Virus record (IMG/VR): IMGVR_UViG_3300042282_000085
DNA: 64,000 nucleotides
Reading direction: 5' to 3' (one strand)
DNA from: a virus
Taxonomy: Duplodnaviria; Caudoviricetes
Position numbers and translations under genes: made by a program. The notes under the pieces were generated by a model that saw only the letters and a list, made by a program, of their open reading frames with translations, had not been told where the DNA came from and made no database searches. Positions 51,663 through 59,905 of this stretch are shown here, in pieces. Position 1 is the first letter of the stretch. Each line of letters opens with the position of its first letter.

Positions 51663-53159
51663 ATGGCATTTCGTAAACATCACGGTATTACGCTGGCGAA
51701 CAACAGCTGGATCGAAAACATGCATGTTGAGCGCCTGGCAGCCGATCCGAGCCCGCTGGTCGCAGGTCGTCTCTGGTACAATGAGACCGACAAACTTCTG
51801 CGCTTCTCTACCCTGGATGCCGGCGGCGCCGTCATCATCCGCGCTATCGCCTCTGCTGAGCAGCTGCAGAGCGAAATTACTAACCTGAATACCACCCTGA
51901 CCACCTACGTAGACGACGAAATCGCCCTGGTCCAGGGTCAGGTAGATGCGCTGGGTAATGCGTTCAACTACGTTGGCGTACTGCCGGCACAGACCGGTGT
52001 AACCGGCACTGGTACCGATATCGACCCGTTCGTACTGGACGGTATGTCACCTGGATTCAAAGATGCCGGTGATTACTACAAGGTCACTCAGTCTGGTTAC
52101 TATCAGTTTGGCGCTACTGCAGCCATCTACGTTGATGTAAACGATGGCCTGGTATTCAACACCGCCGGTTCCCTGGACCGCATCAACAACCAGCAGTCTG
52201 ATGTTGCTGGTACTACTGATGAAGTAGTGGTGACTGGTTCTGTTGAAACAGGTTTCGTTGTCTCTATCGCTCAGGCGATTAAGGACTCTATCGCCGCTAA
52301 TGCCCAGGCAGTAGTGGACGAGGCGTCCCGCGCCCAGTCTGTAGAAGGTGACCTGGTTAACCTGACCACCACCGACAAAACCAACCTGGTTGCTGCTGTA
52401 AACGAAGTAGACGCTAACGCTGATGCTAACGCTACCGCTATCGCTCAGGAAGTAGCTGACCGTACGGCCGCTGACGTAGTCCTGCAGGGTAACATCGACG
52501 CTGAAGCTACTGCCCGTGGTGACGCTGATGCCCTGATTCAGGGTGAGTTGGATGCCACTCAGGCTGGTGCCGGTCTGGGTACCGATGGCGCCTACGTTGC
52601 TAATGCAGCAGCTAACTACATCGCTACCGCTACTAGCCTGAAGGGCGCTGATGACGCACTGGACGCTGCACTGAAGGCCGAAGCCGATCGTGCCGCTGCC
52701 GCTGAAGCTGTTAACGCTCAGGCTATCGCTGATGAAGTGACCCGTGCCACTGGTGCTGAGGGTACCCTGCAGGGTAATATCGATGCCGAAGCTCAGGCTC
52801 GTGCAGCTGCTGATGGCGACCTGACTACTTTGGCTACCACTGATAAAACCAACCTGGTTGCAGCAATCAACGAAGTACTGGGTCTGGCCGGCGACGGTAC
52901 TGACGCCCTGAAGACCGCTATCAACGGTAAGAAGGCCATCTACACTGCCGCTACTGCTCAGCTCTCACATACCTTCAACCACGGTTTCGCTGGTTCTGAC
53001 CTGGTCGTTACTGTACTGGTGTACGATAACTCTAACAGCAAGTGGTACAACGATTCTGTACTGGTTGAAGTGGATCCGGCCACCACTACCGTCACTGTAC
53101 CGTTGCAGGTTGCGGCCATCGTCAAGATCATCGTTGAAGATCTGTCTGACATCGCCTAA
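51663..53159 (+). CDS. Fibre protein with an Ala-rich coiled-coil shaft
   Basis: Repeats GDL..L.TTDKTNLVAA.NEV (x2) and LQGNIDAEA (x2); strong CTG/GGT/GCT codon bias; own terminator. Confidence 0.7.
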   Translation: MAFRKHHGITLANNSWIENMHVERLAADPSPLVAGRLWYNETDKLLRFSTLDAGGAVIIRAIASAEQLQSEITNLNTTLTTYVDDEIALVQGQVDALGNAFNYVGVLPAQTGVTGTGTDIDPFVLDGMSPGFKDAGDYYKVTQSGYYQFGATAAIYVDVNDGLVFNTAGSLDRINNQQSDVAGTTDEVVVTGSVETGFVVSIAQAIKDSIAANAQAVVDEASRAQSVEGDLVNLTTTDKTNLVAAVNEVDANADANATAIAQEVADRTAADVVLQGNIDAEATARGDADALIQGELDATQAGAGLGTDGAYVANAAANYIATATSLKGADDALDAALKAEADRAAAAEAVNAQAIADEVTRATGAEGTLQGNIDAEAQARAAADGDLTTLATTDKTNLVAAINEVLGLAGDGTDALKTAINGKKAIYTAATAQLSHTFNHGFAGSDLVVTVLVYDNSNSKWYNDSVLVEVDPATTTVTVPLQVAAIVKIIVEDLSDIA

Positions 53160-53178
53160 GGCCTAGACGCCTGATACA

Positions 53179-53208
53179 GAGGACGGGCCCTTAGGGGTCC
53201 GTCCTTTG
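53179..53208 (+). terminator. Intrinsic terminator
   Basis: AGGACGGGCCC-TTAG-GGGTCCGTCCT followed by TTG. Confidence 0.65.
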
Positions 53209-53243
53209 CTATTTAGTCTGTCAGACGAATACGGAGAACCCAC

Positions 53244-53459
53244 ATGGTACCCTACCCCTACAAGGACCCTGCGTATTTTACAACTGTAGACGCCGTTTTG
53301 GAGGAGATTGATCGAATTCTAGCCCACCTAGAGTCCCAGACGGTTAATATCGACGACTATACTCGGGAGACAGACCAACTCGTGTGGTATGGTAACCAGG
53401 TACAGTGGTTAAAGTTGTACTACGAACGTGCCGAGAGGTTGATGTTAAATGAATCATAA
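53244..53459 (+). CDS. Hypothetical protein
   Basis: 71 aa with GGAG RBS. Confidence 0.55.
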   Translation: MVPYPYKDPAYFTTVDAVLEEIDRILAHLESQTVNIDDYTRETDQLVWYGNQVQWLKLYYERAERLMLNES

Positions 53460-53658
53460 TTTGTCGGGTCATTTTAAACAATGGTTCCAAGTTTCACGTA
53501 CACAACTCGATGAAATTCGCGCCTCTCGTGAAACTGCACCTGTAGAGGTACAACTAACACAGCTGCGACAGCAGTACAGTCGCATGGCACATATACTCCG
53601 AGTCTGTCAAGGAAAGGCGTATTTTGTTGGCGTGCCCCGTATTACATTGAACAATTGA
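53449..53658 (+). CDS. Hypothetical protein
   Basis: 69 aa overlapping the upstream ORF. Confidence 0.5.
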   Translation: MNHNLSGHFKQWFQVSRTQLDEIRASRETAPVEVQLTQLRQQYSRMAHILRVCQGKAYFVGVPRITLNN

Positions 53659-53668
53659 GGACACACGT

Positions 53669-54589
53669 ATGACACGTTCATTGCAGTTTTTGAGCTCCAC
53701 CCAGTACACTGAGGTTGCAGCTCTGCCGGATAATCCGACGGTTGGTCAAACCGCCTTCATGAATGGCATTCTCTACATCTATGCCAGTCTGAATGGCGTT
53801 ACGACCTGGTTCCCGCTGAACCAACCCCAGTCGTTCTACATCCATAGCCAGGGTCTGGCCAAACTGACCTGGGAAATTCACCATAACCTGGGTAGCCGCG
53901 ATGCGATCATTGCGGTCTATGACATGGATAACCGCATGATGGATGCGGACATTCAGCATATCCAGAATACCGAAACCGGCGAGTGGTATATTGTTGCAAC
54001 CTTTACAGAAGCTGTTATGGGATACGCGGTGGTCTTTGGCCGTGAGAATATCTCTGCACCTTCTGTCGATGCTCAGGTCATTAACGCGACCGATGGTATT
54101 TACGTCGGCGGTGTCTCCGTGGCACTGGAAACCGATGTTGGTTTGTTGCTGCTGGAGCTGGACAAGAAGGTCGCCACGCTCGATATTGAAGATACTGTTA
54201 CCTCTACTGACGCTACCGTACCGTTGTCTGCCAACCAAGGTCGCGTGTTGAAAGGGCTGATCGACAATATCAATGCCCTGTTGGCGTCTGACGACACCAC
54301 GTTGGATGAACTCCAGGAAGTGGTCAACTTCATCAAACAGAACAAGGCCACCTTGGATAGTCTGGGCATCTCCAGCATTGCAGGTCTTCAGGATGCGTTG
54401 GATACACTGACCAACAACTTGGCAACCGAAGTGAGTCGTGCGACCGGTGCGGAAGCTACCCTGCAAACTAACATTGATGTCAAGTTGGATAAAACCGGCG
54501 TAGCAGCCGATTCCAGTAAGTTAGGGAATCTGCCTGCCTCGGATTACATCACTGTCCACGATACCATCGATATGGGTGAGATTGCATAA
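53669..54589 (+). CDS. Tail fibre-like protein
   Basis: TWEIHHNLG domain, PLSANQGRVLK and LDELQEV fibre repeats, AADSSKLG, and C-terminal IDMGEI. Confidence 0.7.
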   Translation: MTRSLQFLSSTQYTEVAALPDNPTVGQTAFMNGILYIYASLNGVTTWFPLNQPQSFYIHSQGLAKLTWEIHHNLGSRDAIIAVYDMDNRMMDADIQHIQNTETGEWYIVATFTEAVMGYAVVFGRENISAPSVDAQVINATDGIYVGGVSVALETDVGLLLLELDKKVATLDIEDTVTSTDATVPLSANQGRVLKGLIDNINALLASDDTTLDELQEVVNFIKQNKATLDSLGISSIAGLQDALDTLTNNLATEVSRATGAEATLQTNIDVKLDKTGVAADSSKLGNLPASDYITVHDTIDMGEIA

Positions 54590-54635
54590 CACCTAGTGCC
54601 GGGGATACTGTCCCCGGCTTTTAAGGAGCCTATAC

Positions 54636-55292
54636 ATGCATTGTGAGTTATTACGTGGTACTGAGAAGATACGAGGGCCTCTACCCTATAAGCCCGCAAT
54701 GCTGGCTAAGGTGTTTGCCCGATTGGGACTAAAGTTCCCGCCTTTACCGCAAACCTTAACGGCTCCGGTCTCTGATCTCAGTGCCACCCATACCCTTTAC
54801 CCTGTTACAATTAACAAACCACCCGCCTCTCGGCAGGAGGACAGTGTCCTAGCCAGCCGTACTGTGGATGCGAATGGTGTTACCTATACGTACAATACAG
54901 TACCCCGTAACTATGATGCACTTAGATTACAGCTAAAGGAACGCATTTCGGGACGCCATGCCCTCTATGAGCTCAATTACGTAACCTTTGATTCGGTTGC
55001 AATTAAAGCCGACCTAGAAGCCCGTATTAATGCTGCTGAAATCGTGGAGAGTTTTCAAAAAGGTAAAATCAACAGCATTAAGTGGCGCGGTAAGAATGGC
55101 AAGATAACGGTTGAAAGCATCGAAACCATGCAGGCTATCTATGACACTATCTTCCGGTACCTGCATATAGGGTTTGCGGCTAAAGAGATCGCAGAAGACA
55201 CGGTTGATACCTCTAGTGATGCAGAGTTGGTATCTTTAGATCCGATTGCTATATTCGATACCGCCGTAACGACCTTAGAGTCTGTAATGTAG
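54636..55292 (+). CDS. Tail-fibre assembly/chaperone-like protein (DUF4376-like)
   Basis: DLEARINA...IKWRGKNG...MQAIYD; paralog of 59159..59839. Confidence 0.55.
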   Translation: MHCELLRGTEKIRGPLPYKPAMLAKVFARLGLKFPPLPQTLTAPVSDLSATHTLYPVTINKPPASRQEDSVLASRTVDANGVTYTYNTVPRNYDALRLQLKERISGRHALYELNYVTFDSVAIKADLEARINAAEIVESFQKGKINSIKWRGKNGKITVESIETMQAIYDTIFRYLHIGFAAKEIAEDTVDTSSDAELVSLDPIAIFDTAVTTLESVM

Positions 55293-55304
55293 GAGGATGG
55301 ATGA

Positions 55305-56033
55305 ATGAGACGTTCCCATGGTTTTAGCTTCCTACCGGGTGCGCGGGCGAGGAATTTCAGAGTAGATCGGTATCCGGTCTCACCCGAAGACCTTCTAGAA
55401 GAAGGACGCGTGTGGTATGGAGAAGATGACGACACCCTGCGGTACAGTAAAACAGAAAGTGGCCTATTGGTTCCACGCCGAGTGTTAGATTCTGAACCCA
55501 AGTGGGCGGACTTAACCGCACCGATTAATCCCGACAGTGGGGTAGGGGTTAGTACCCCAAGCTGGGAAGCATTTAGGGGTGACTTTTCGGCAATGCTGTT
55601 TTTGTCAAATAAGAGTCAATCGGTTCAGGTGGCCTTCCACATTAACCACGACTATGCACTGGGTACCGAGATCTTCCCTCATGTCCATTGGACCAATAAG
55701 GTACCTGGTGAAACAGGTACAGTGCGGTGGGGGGTTGACCTGCTAGTGGCGCAGGGTCACCAACAAGATAACTTCAATGGTGTGATTGACACGATCTACA
55801 TCGAGCAAGCTGGGGTAGGGGGTACCTTGGACCATATGGTGGCCGAGTCTACGGTAGGATTCTATGACCCGCGACTGGAACCCGATACATTGGTGTATTG
55901 TCGAATATTCAGAGACTCCGGTCACCCGAACGATACCGCCGGTAACGTGTACGGGCTTACGATAGATGTACACTATCAGCTCGATGACGTGGGTACTCCA
56001 TCTAAGTCGCCTGACTTTTACGCGCGTAATTAA
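55305..56033 (+). CDS. Putative tail-associated protein
   Basis: N-terminus (HGFSF...NFRVDR...GRVWY...LRYS) is paralogous to that of 51663..53159; beta-rich C-terminal domain. Confidence 0.55.
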   Translation: MRRSHGFSFLPGARARNFRVDRYPVSPEDLLEEGRVWYGEDDDTLRYSKTESGLLVPRRVLDSEPKWADLTAPINPDSGVGVSTPSWEAFRGDFSAMLFLSNKSQSVQVAFHINHDYALGTEIFPHVHWTNKVPGETGTVRWGVDLLVAQGHQQDNFNGVIDTIYIEQAGVGGTLDHMVAESTVGFYDPRLEPDTLVYCRIFRDSGHPNDTAGNVYGLTIDVHYQLDDVGTPSKSPDFYARN

Positions 56034-56096
56034 TCCTTTCAATGACTAGGCCCTACGGGTGACTGGTTGCTATAAAGGGACATATGAGGCCTTATT

Positions 56097-56927
56097 ATGT
56101 TTCAATTCGAGAACATCCAATTCAAGCGTGGTGATAAAGCCACGAACGATGCGTACGTAGGGAAACCCGGTACCATCTCCATCGACCGTGAGTCCATGAA
56201 CGTCCGTGTGCACGATGGTGTGACACCGGGCGGTTTATTCAGTGTAACCCGGGGCGCTGCCTTTGATGAGTTGGCGGCAGAGTTTATTGTTGCCAGCGAT
56301 AGCTTTACAGCGACCATGGGTCAAACCGTTTTTACCTTGACCAATGTAAGTCTGGAGAACCCAGACCGTGTGAAGGTTAAGATCAACGGCATGCAGACCA
56401 ACAACTGGGTGGTCAGTGGCGTTAACCGCATTACGGTGAACGACAGTATTCTGATCAACGACACCATTTTGATTTACCAGTACCGTACGCTGGATGATGT
56501 GGTCAGTGCAGCGGTTGAAGGTATGGACGTTGAGGCACTGCTAATTAGCATGCTGGAGTCTGTAACCAACATCGGTGGCATTAACATTGATGACATCCTA
56601 ACCGTTAACAGCACAGGTGCCTTTGAGCAGATGGTGGTGGATGCGATTGGTTCTGCTTTGGGTGAGTCGGGTAGCTTGGCTAACTTGGTAACCACAGACA
56701 CCTTGCAGTCTGCGATTAATGGCATAGACATTACGGCTGCTGTTCGTCGCGTACTGGACGGTATTCCTGATGTCGATTATCCGATTACCCATGTACTGAC
56801 TACTGCGGATAACATTGACCTAGGTCACATGGAGTTTGTCTTTGACGGTAACGAGTCTCTGGACCCCAGTGTCCCGAACGATACGCTGACTGTCTTTGAC
56901 CGCATTGACTTTGGTATCGTGAACTAA
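56097..56927 (+). CDS. Tail fibre protein with an Mtd-like N-terminal domain
   Basis: IQFKRG...YVGKPGTISID...VRVHDGVTPGG matches the Bordetella BPP-1 Mtd N-terminal pattern; no variable repeat. Confidence 0.7.
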   Translation: MFQFENIQFKRGDKATNDAYVGKPGTISIDRESMNVRVHDGVTPGGLFSVTRGAAFDELAAEFIVASDSFTATMGQTVFTLTNVSLENPDRVKVKINGMQTNNWVVSGVNRITVNDSILINDTILIYQYRTLDDVVSAAVEGMDVEALLISMLESVTNIGGINIDDILTVNSTGAFEQMVVDAIGSALGESGSLANLVTTDTLQSAINGIDITAAVRRVLDGIPDVDYPITHVLTTADNIDLGHMEFVFDGNESLDPSVPNDTLTVFDRIDFGIVN

Positions 56928-56945
56928 GGTTAGAGGTGACAATCG

Positions 56946-57398
56946 ATGGGATTTCTATATGAAGGTGAGGATATAGGGCGGTATATCGAAATCCGGGATG
57001 GCCGTGAAACGTTCGTGGTCACACGGGAGACCATTCGAGACGTTAAGGTAGTGCCTACCGATATCGTACTACCCGACCACTGGAAAGGTAAGGCCTTTTA
57101 CCGATTACGGATGGACTTTGATATTTTCGGTACGCTAATACCGAAGCACTACACCTCAGACGGTGCCAGTGTACCCAGGCTGTTCTGGTCCCTCTATCCG
57201 CCGGTAGGGCGCTACCTGTTAGCGGCCTTTTTGCATGATTGGAAATTGGACCAGCGTCATGGATGGGACGAATCAAACCGTGCCTTTGATGAAGCTATGC
57301 GTCACATCGGTATCGCGCGTCGCCGTCATTGGGTAATCATGCGCTCGGTTCAATTAAACGGGTGGGTACAATCCACCTTTTTTGGGGACCCTAAATAG
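56946..57398 (+). CDS. DUF1353-domain protein
   Basis: IP..YTSDGASVPRLFW...AAFLHDW. Confidence 0.8.
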   Translation: MGFLYEGEDIGRYIEIRDGRETFVVTRETIRDVKVVPTDIVLPDHWKGKAFYRLRMDFDIFGTLIPKHYTSDGASVPRLFWSLYPPVGRYLLAAFLHDWKLDQRHGWDESNRAFDEAMRHIGIARRRHWVIMRSVQLNGWVQSTFFGDPK

Positions 57399-57407
57399 GA
57401 GAGCTCA

Positions 57408-57773
57408 ATGAAACGACATATCGCAGGCTTCTTATTCGTCGCGGCTGTATCGTTGGTGTTACCCGCGTGCACTACATCCCAACCGGCTGTATTGGAAGAC
57501 GGGTACCAGCTCGGGGATGCCTCTAAAGTAGTCGCCGGGGAAGCTTTTAATTTAATGATGCTGCGGTACCGATATTGTTATACGTATGCCCCTGAGTCCA
57601 GGGACGCTATCCTGGAGATTATTCAGGCCTTCTATCCGGAGTATCCCACTGAAGGGATTTGTACGGATATGGGTGATCTGGTAAAGCAATTGAAGGGTGT
57701 GGATGCTACTACACTCGAAAAGGCATACGACCTACCGAAGGATATCGACCACGAGTCAAGTGGGTTAGAGTAA
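57408..57773 (+). CDS. Lipoprotein
   Basis: MKRH + hydrophobic core + LPAC lipobox; AGGAG RBS. Confidence 0.68.
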   Translation: MKRHIAGFLFVAAVSLVLPACTTSQPAVLEDGYQLGDASKVVAGEAFNLMMLRYRYCYTYAPESRDAILEIIQAFYPEYPTEGICTDMGDLVKQLKGVDATTLEKAYDLPKDIDHESSGLE

Positions 57774-57901
57774 AGGACACTAATTCACGTTTTACAGGGT
57801 GGCTCTACTGTAACCCTCTGACAGAAAATTGCAGTGGAGGAACTACCCTGCCGTTTTAAAATAGCCCCTTGATTAACCGTTAGTAACTGTAGGAAGGACT
57901 T

Positions 57902-58972
57902 ATGGCCTTAAAACAAATGAGCGGTGTGGTTACGTGGAAGCGCTTTACCACGAACAGCATCGAAACGTACTTGGGTAAGCCGGGTGAACCGATTGTCGAC
58001 ATGCGCACTGGTGAGCCGGCAATTCGTTTATGTGATGGATTGACACCGATGGGTCACCCAATTGGGGTTATTCCAACGTTGACTGGTGTGGCACGCCCTA
58101 TCATTATTAGCCCGGTTAATAATGCTACAGATGTCGATACCTCACCGGTGATTACTGCCAGTCAATTTAACGGCATTAACGGCGACGGCAGTATCCCAAC
58201 ACATGCGGCGACTATCTGGAACATTGCAACGGATGCCGCCTTTACCCAGATGACGTATAATAGTGGTGAAACGGCACTGAATAAAACGACACTGGATCTT
58301 TCCAGTGTAGGAGTAACACTGGAGCAAGGTAGTGTTTACTATATACGCGTAGCGTATAAGAGTGACAGTGGTGTGGTGTCCGACTGGAGTGCTACCGTTA
58401 AGATTACGACCAGTACTATGGGAATTGGCACAGTACTACCGGACGGTGGTATCGTTTTCGGTCAGGAAGGGGGCGACTGGCTGGTAGTAGCCCCGGCTTC
58501 ACAGCGTACGACTAAAATGTGGGGACTCTACGGTACCGATACCAGTCTTCCAAACTGGACGAGTGGCAGTGGGACTACTACTACCCCTACTGACCCTAAC
58601 TCATCAGAGTACAATACTGACGTACTGACGAGTCCTACTTATAACTCCATTAACGATGGACAGGGTAGTATCGGCTCACCCGCTGCAGAGTACTGCCGTA
58701 GTCTAGGGTACGACTTACCCAATGCGAGGGATCTGCAGCTTATTTACAATAATCGAGCTCAGATCGATGCAGCGGACTCTAGTGGAGGCGGTGCCACACT
58801 CTCCGCTATTCAATCTGGCACTGCACCCGGCTCCTCCACGACGTACGTCTGGTCCTCTACCGAGTACGGTTCCAACTTCGCCTGGTACCTGCTCTTTGGC
58901 AATGGGAATTGGTACAACATCAACAAGAACGTCAGTATCTGGGTAGTGCCTTTCCGGAGAATACCCGTTTAA
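57902..58972 (+). CDS. Mtd-like receptor-binding protein, DGR target 1
   Basis: Mtd-like N-terminus (WKR...YLGKPGEPIVD...LCDGLTPMG), Ig/FN3-like middle (YYIRVAY...SDWS) and C-terminal CLec-like domain ending YVWSSTE...AW...WVVPFRRIPV. Confidence 0.85.
   Translation: MALKQMSGVVTWKRFTTNSIETYLGKPGEPIVDMRTGEPAIRLCDGLTPMGHPIGVIPTLTGVARPIIISPVNNATDVDTSPVITASQFNGINGDGSIPTHAATIWNIATDAAFTQMTYNSGETALNKTTLDLSSVGVTLEQGSVYYIRVAYKSDSGVVSDWSATVKITTSTMGIGTVLPDGGIVFGQEGGDWLVVAPASQRTTKMWGLYGTDTSLPNWTSGSGTTTTPTDPNSSEYNTDVLTSPTYNSINDGQGSIGSPAAEYCRSLGYDLPNARDLQLIYNNRAQIDAADSSGGGATLSAIQSGTAPGSSTTYVWSSTEYGSNFAWYLLFGNGNWYNINKNVSIWVVPFRRIPV
58844..58960 (+). repeat. DGR-type variable repeat copy 1 (VR1)
   Basis: 17 differences to VR2 in 117 bp, none at a third codon position. 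Confidence 0.88.
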
Positions 58973-58982
58973 ACGGGTATTC
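58959..58982. other. Perfect 24-bp palindrome abutting VR1 (candidate DGR target hairpin)
   Basis: GAATACCCGTTT|AAACGGGTATTC. Confidence 0.7.
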
Positions 58983-59032
58983 ACTTTTAATACCGAGTCA
59001 CAGTGAGTGTCCTTTAAAGGACACTGCTTTTA

Positions 59033-59121
59033 GGGCTTGCCCTTTGTAGGGCTGCCCTTACTACCCTTACTCCATTTAAAAGCCCTACAGGCCACCCAGG
59101 CCCTTTGTAGGGACTGGGTCC
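59033..59121 (+). repeat. 89-bp structured non-coding repeat, copy A
   Basis: Matches 60925-61013 apart from a 10-nt central block and 2 substitutions; two CCCT-TTGT-AGGG stem-loops. Confidence 0.88.
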
Positions 59122-59158
59122 AAATTTACAATACTTCTTTCATAAAAGGATTATTCCA

Positions 59159-59839
59159 ATGAAATGTGAAATCATTCGTAATGGCAACACCATCGTTTCT
59201 GAGATGGACTTTAACGTAAACCGTGTACGTGACATTGTTGCCCGTCAGGGTGGCGATTACCGCCTCGTACCCAATGCTCTAACTGCTGCCATCCATATTG
59301 GCTCTATTCAGATCCTCCCAGTTAAATACGATATGCCAGTTACTACTCAGGCCCAGCGCTGCGGTAAGCCGGTACGTACCGTATCAGACTCACTGGTTAC
59401 CTACTCTTACCCGGTTGAAGAGAAAACCGAAGACGAGCTTCGCAATGAGCTTCTTACCCAGGTGTCCCGTATTCATGAAAGTTATGACAGCGGTCGTATG
59501 GAGTATCAGGGCGTCTCAATTGCGGTAGACCTGGAGGCCCGTGTCAATGCAGAAGGCGTACTCAAGCGTTTTGAGCGTGGTCTGATGTCGGCTACTCAGT
59601 GGAATGGTCAGGCGGTAACCTCAACCGATGAGAACGGTAATGAGGTCACTGGTCCTTCTAAGGTGGCCATTGGCTCTACCGCTGATATGCAGGCGCTGTA
59701 TGATGCAGTCTTTGCACACCTCGAAGCCGGTTTCATAGCTAAAGAAATGCTCAAAGCGGAGCTCGAATCTGCTGATGCCGTTACATTGGCGACTGTAGAC
59801 GTTAATGCGCGTTGGAATGAGATTGTAGAGACACTCTAA
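59159..59839 (+). CDS. Tail-fibre assembly/chaperone-like protein (DUF4376-like)
   Basis: MKCEII...DLEARVNA...QWNG...MQALYD; paralog of 54636..55292. Confidence 0.55.
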   Translation: MKCEIIRNGNTIVSEMDFNVNRVRDIVARQGGDYRLVPNALTAAIHIGSIQILPVKYDMPVTTQAQRCGKPVRTVSDSLVTYSYPVEEKTEDELRNELLTQVSRIHESYDSGRMEYQGVSIAVDLEARVNAEGVLKRFERGLMSATQWNGQAVTSTDENGNEVTGPSKVAIGSTADMQALYDAVFAHLEAGFIAKEMLKAELESADAVTLATVDVNARWNEIVETL

Positions 59840-59905
59840 GGTGTAACTAGTGATTAGGGGGTGGGTGCCCACCCCCTTTGTATACGGTTTATAGGAGCAT
59901 GTAAG

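Noticed and set aside
53678-54466. 262-aa antisense ORF, and similar ones such as 11967..12593 and 58715..58984
   Set aside because: They lie opposite well-supported genes with biased codon usage and show no recognisable motifs.
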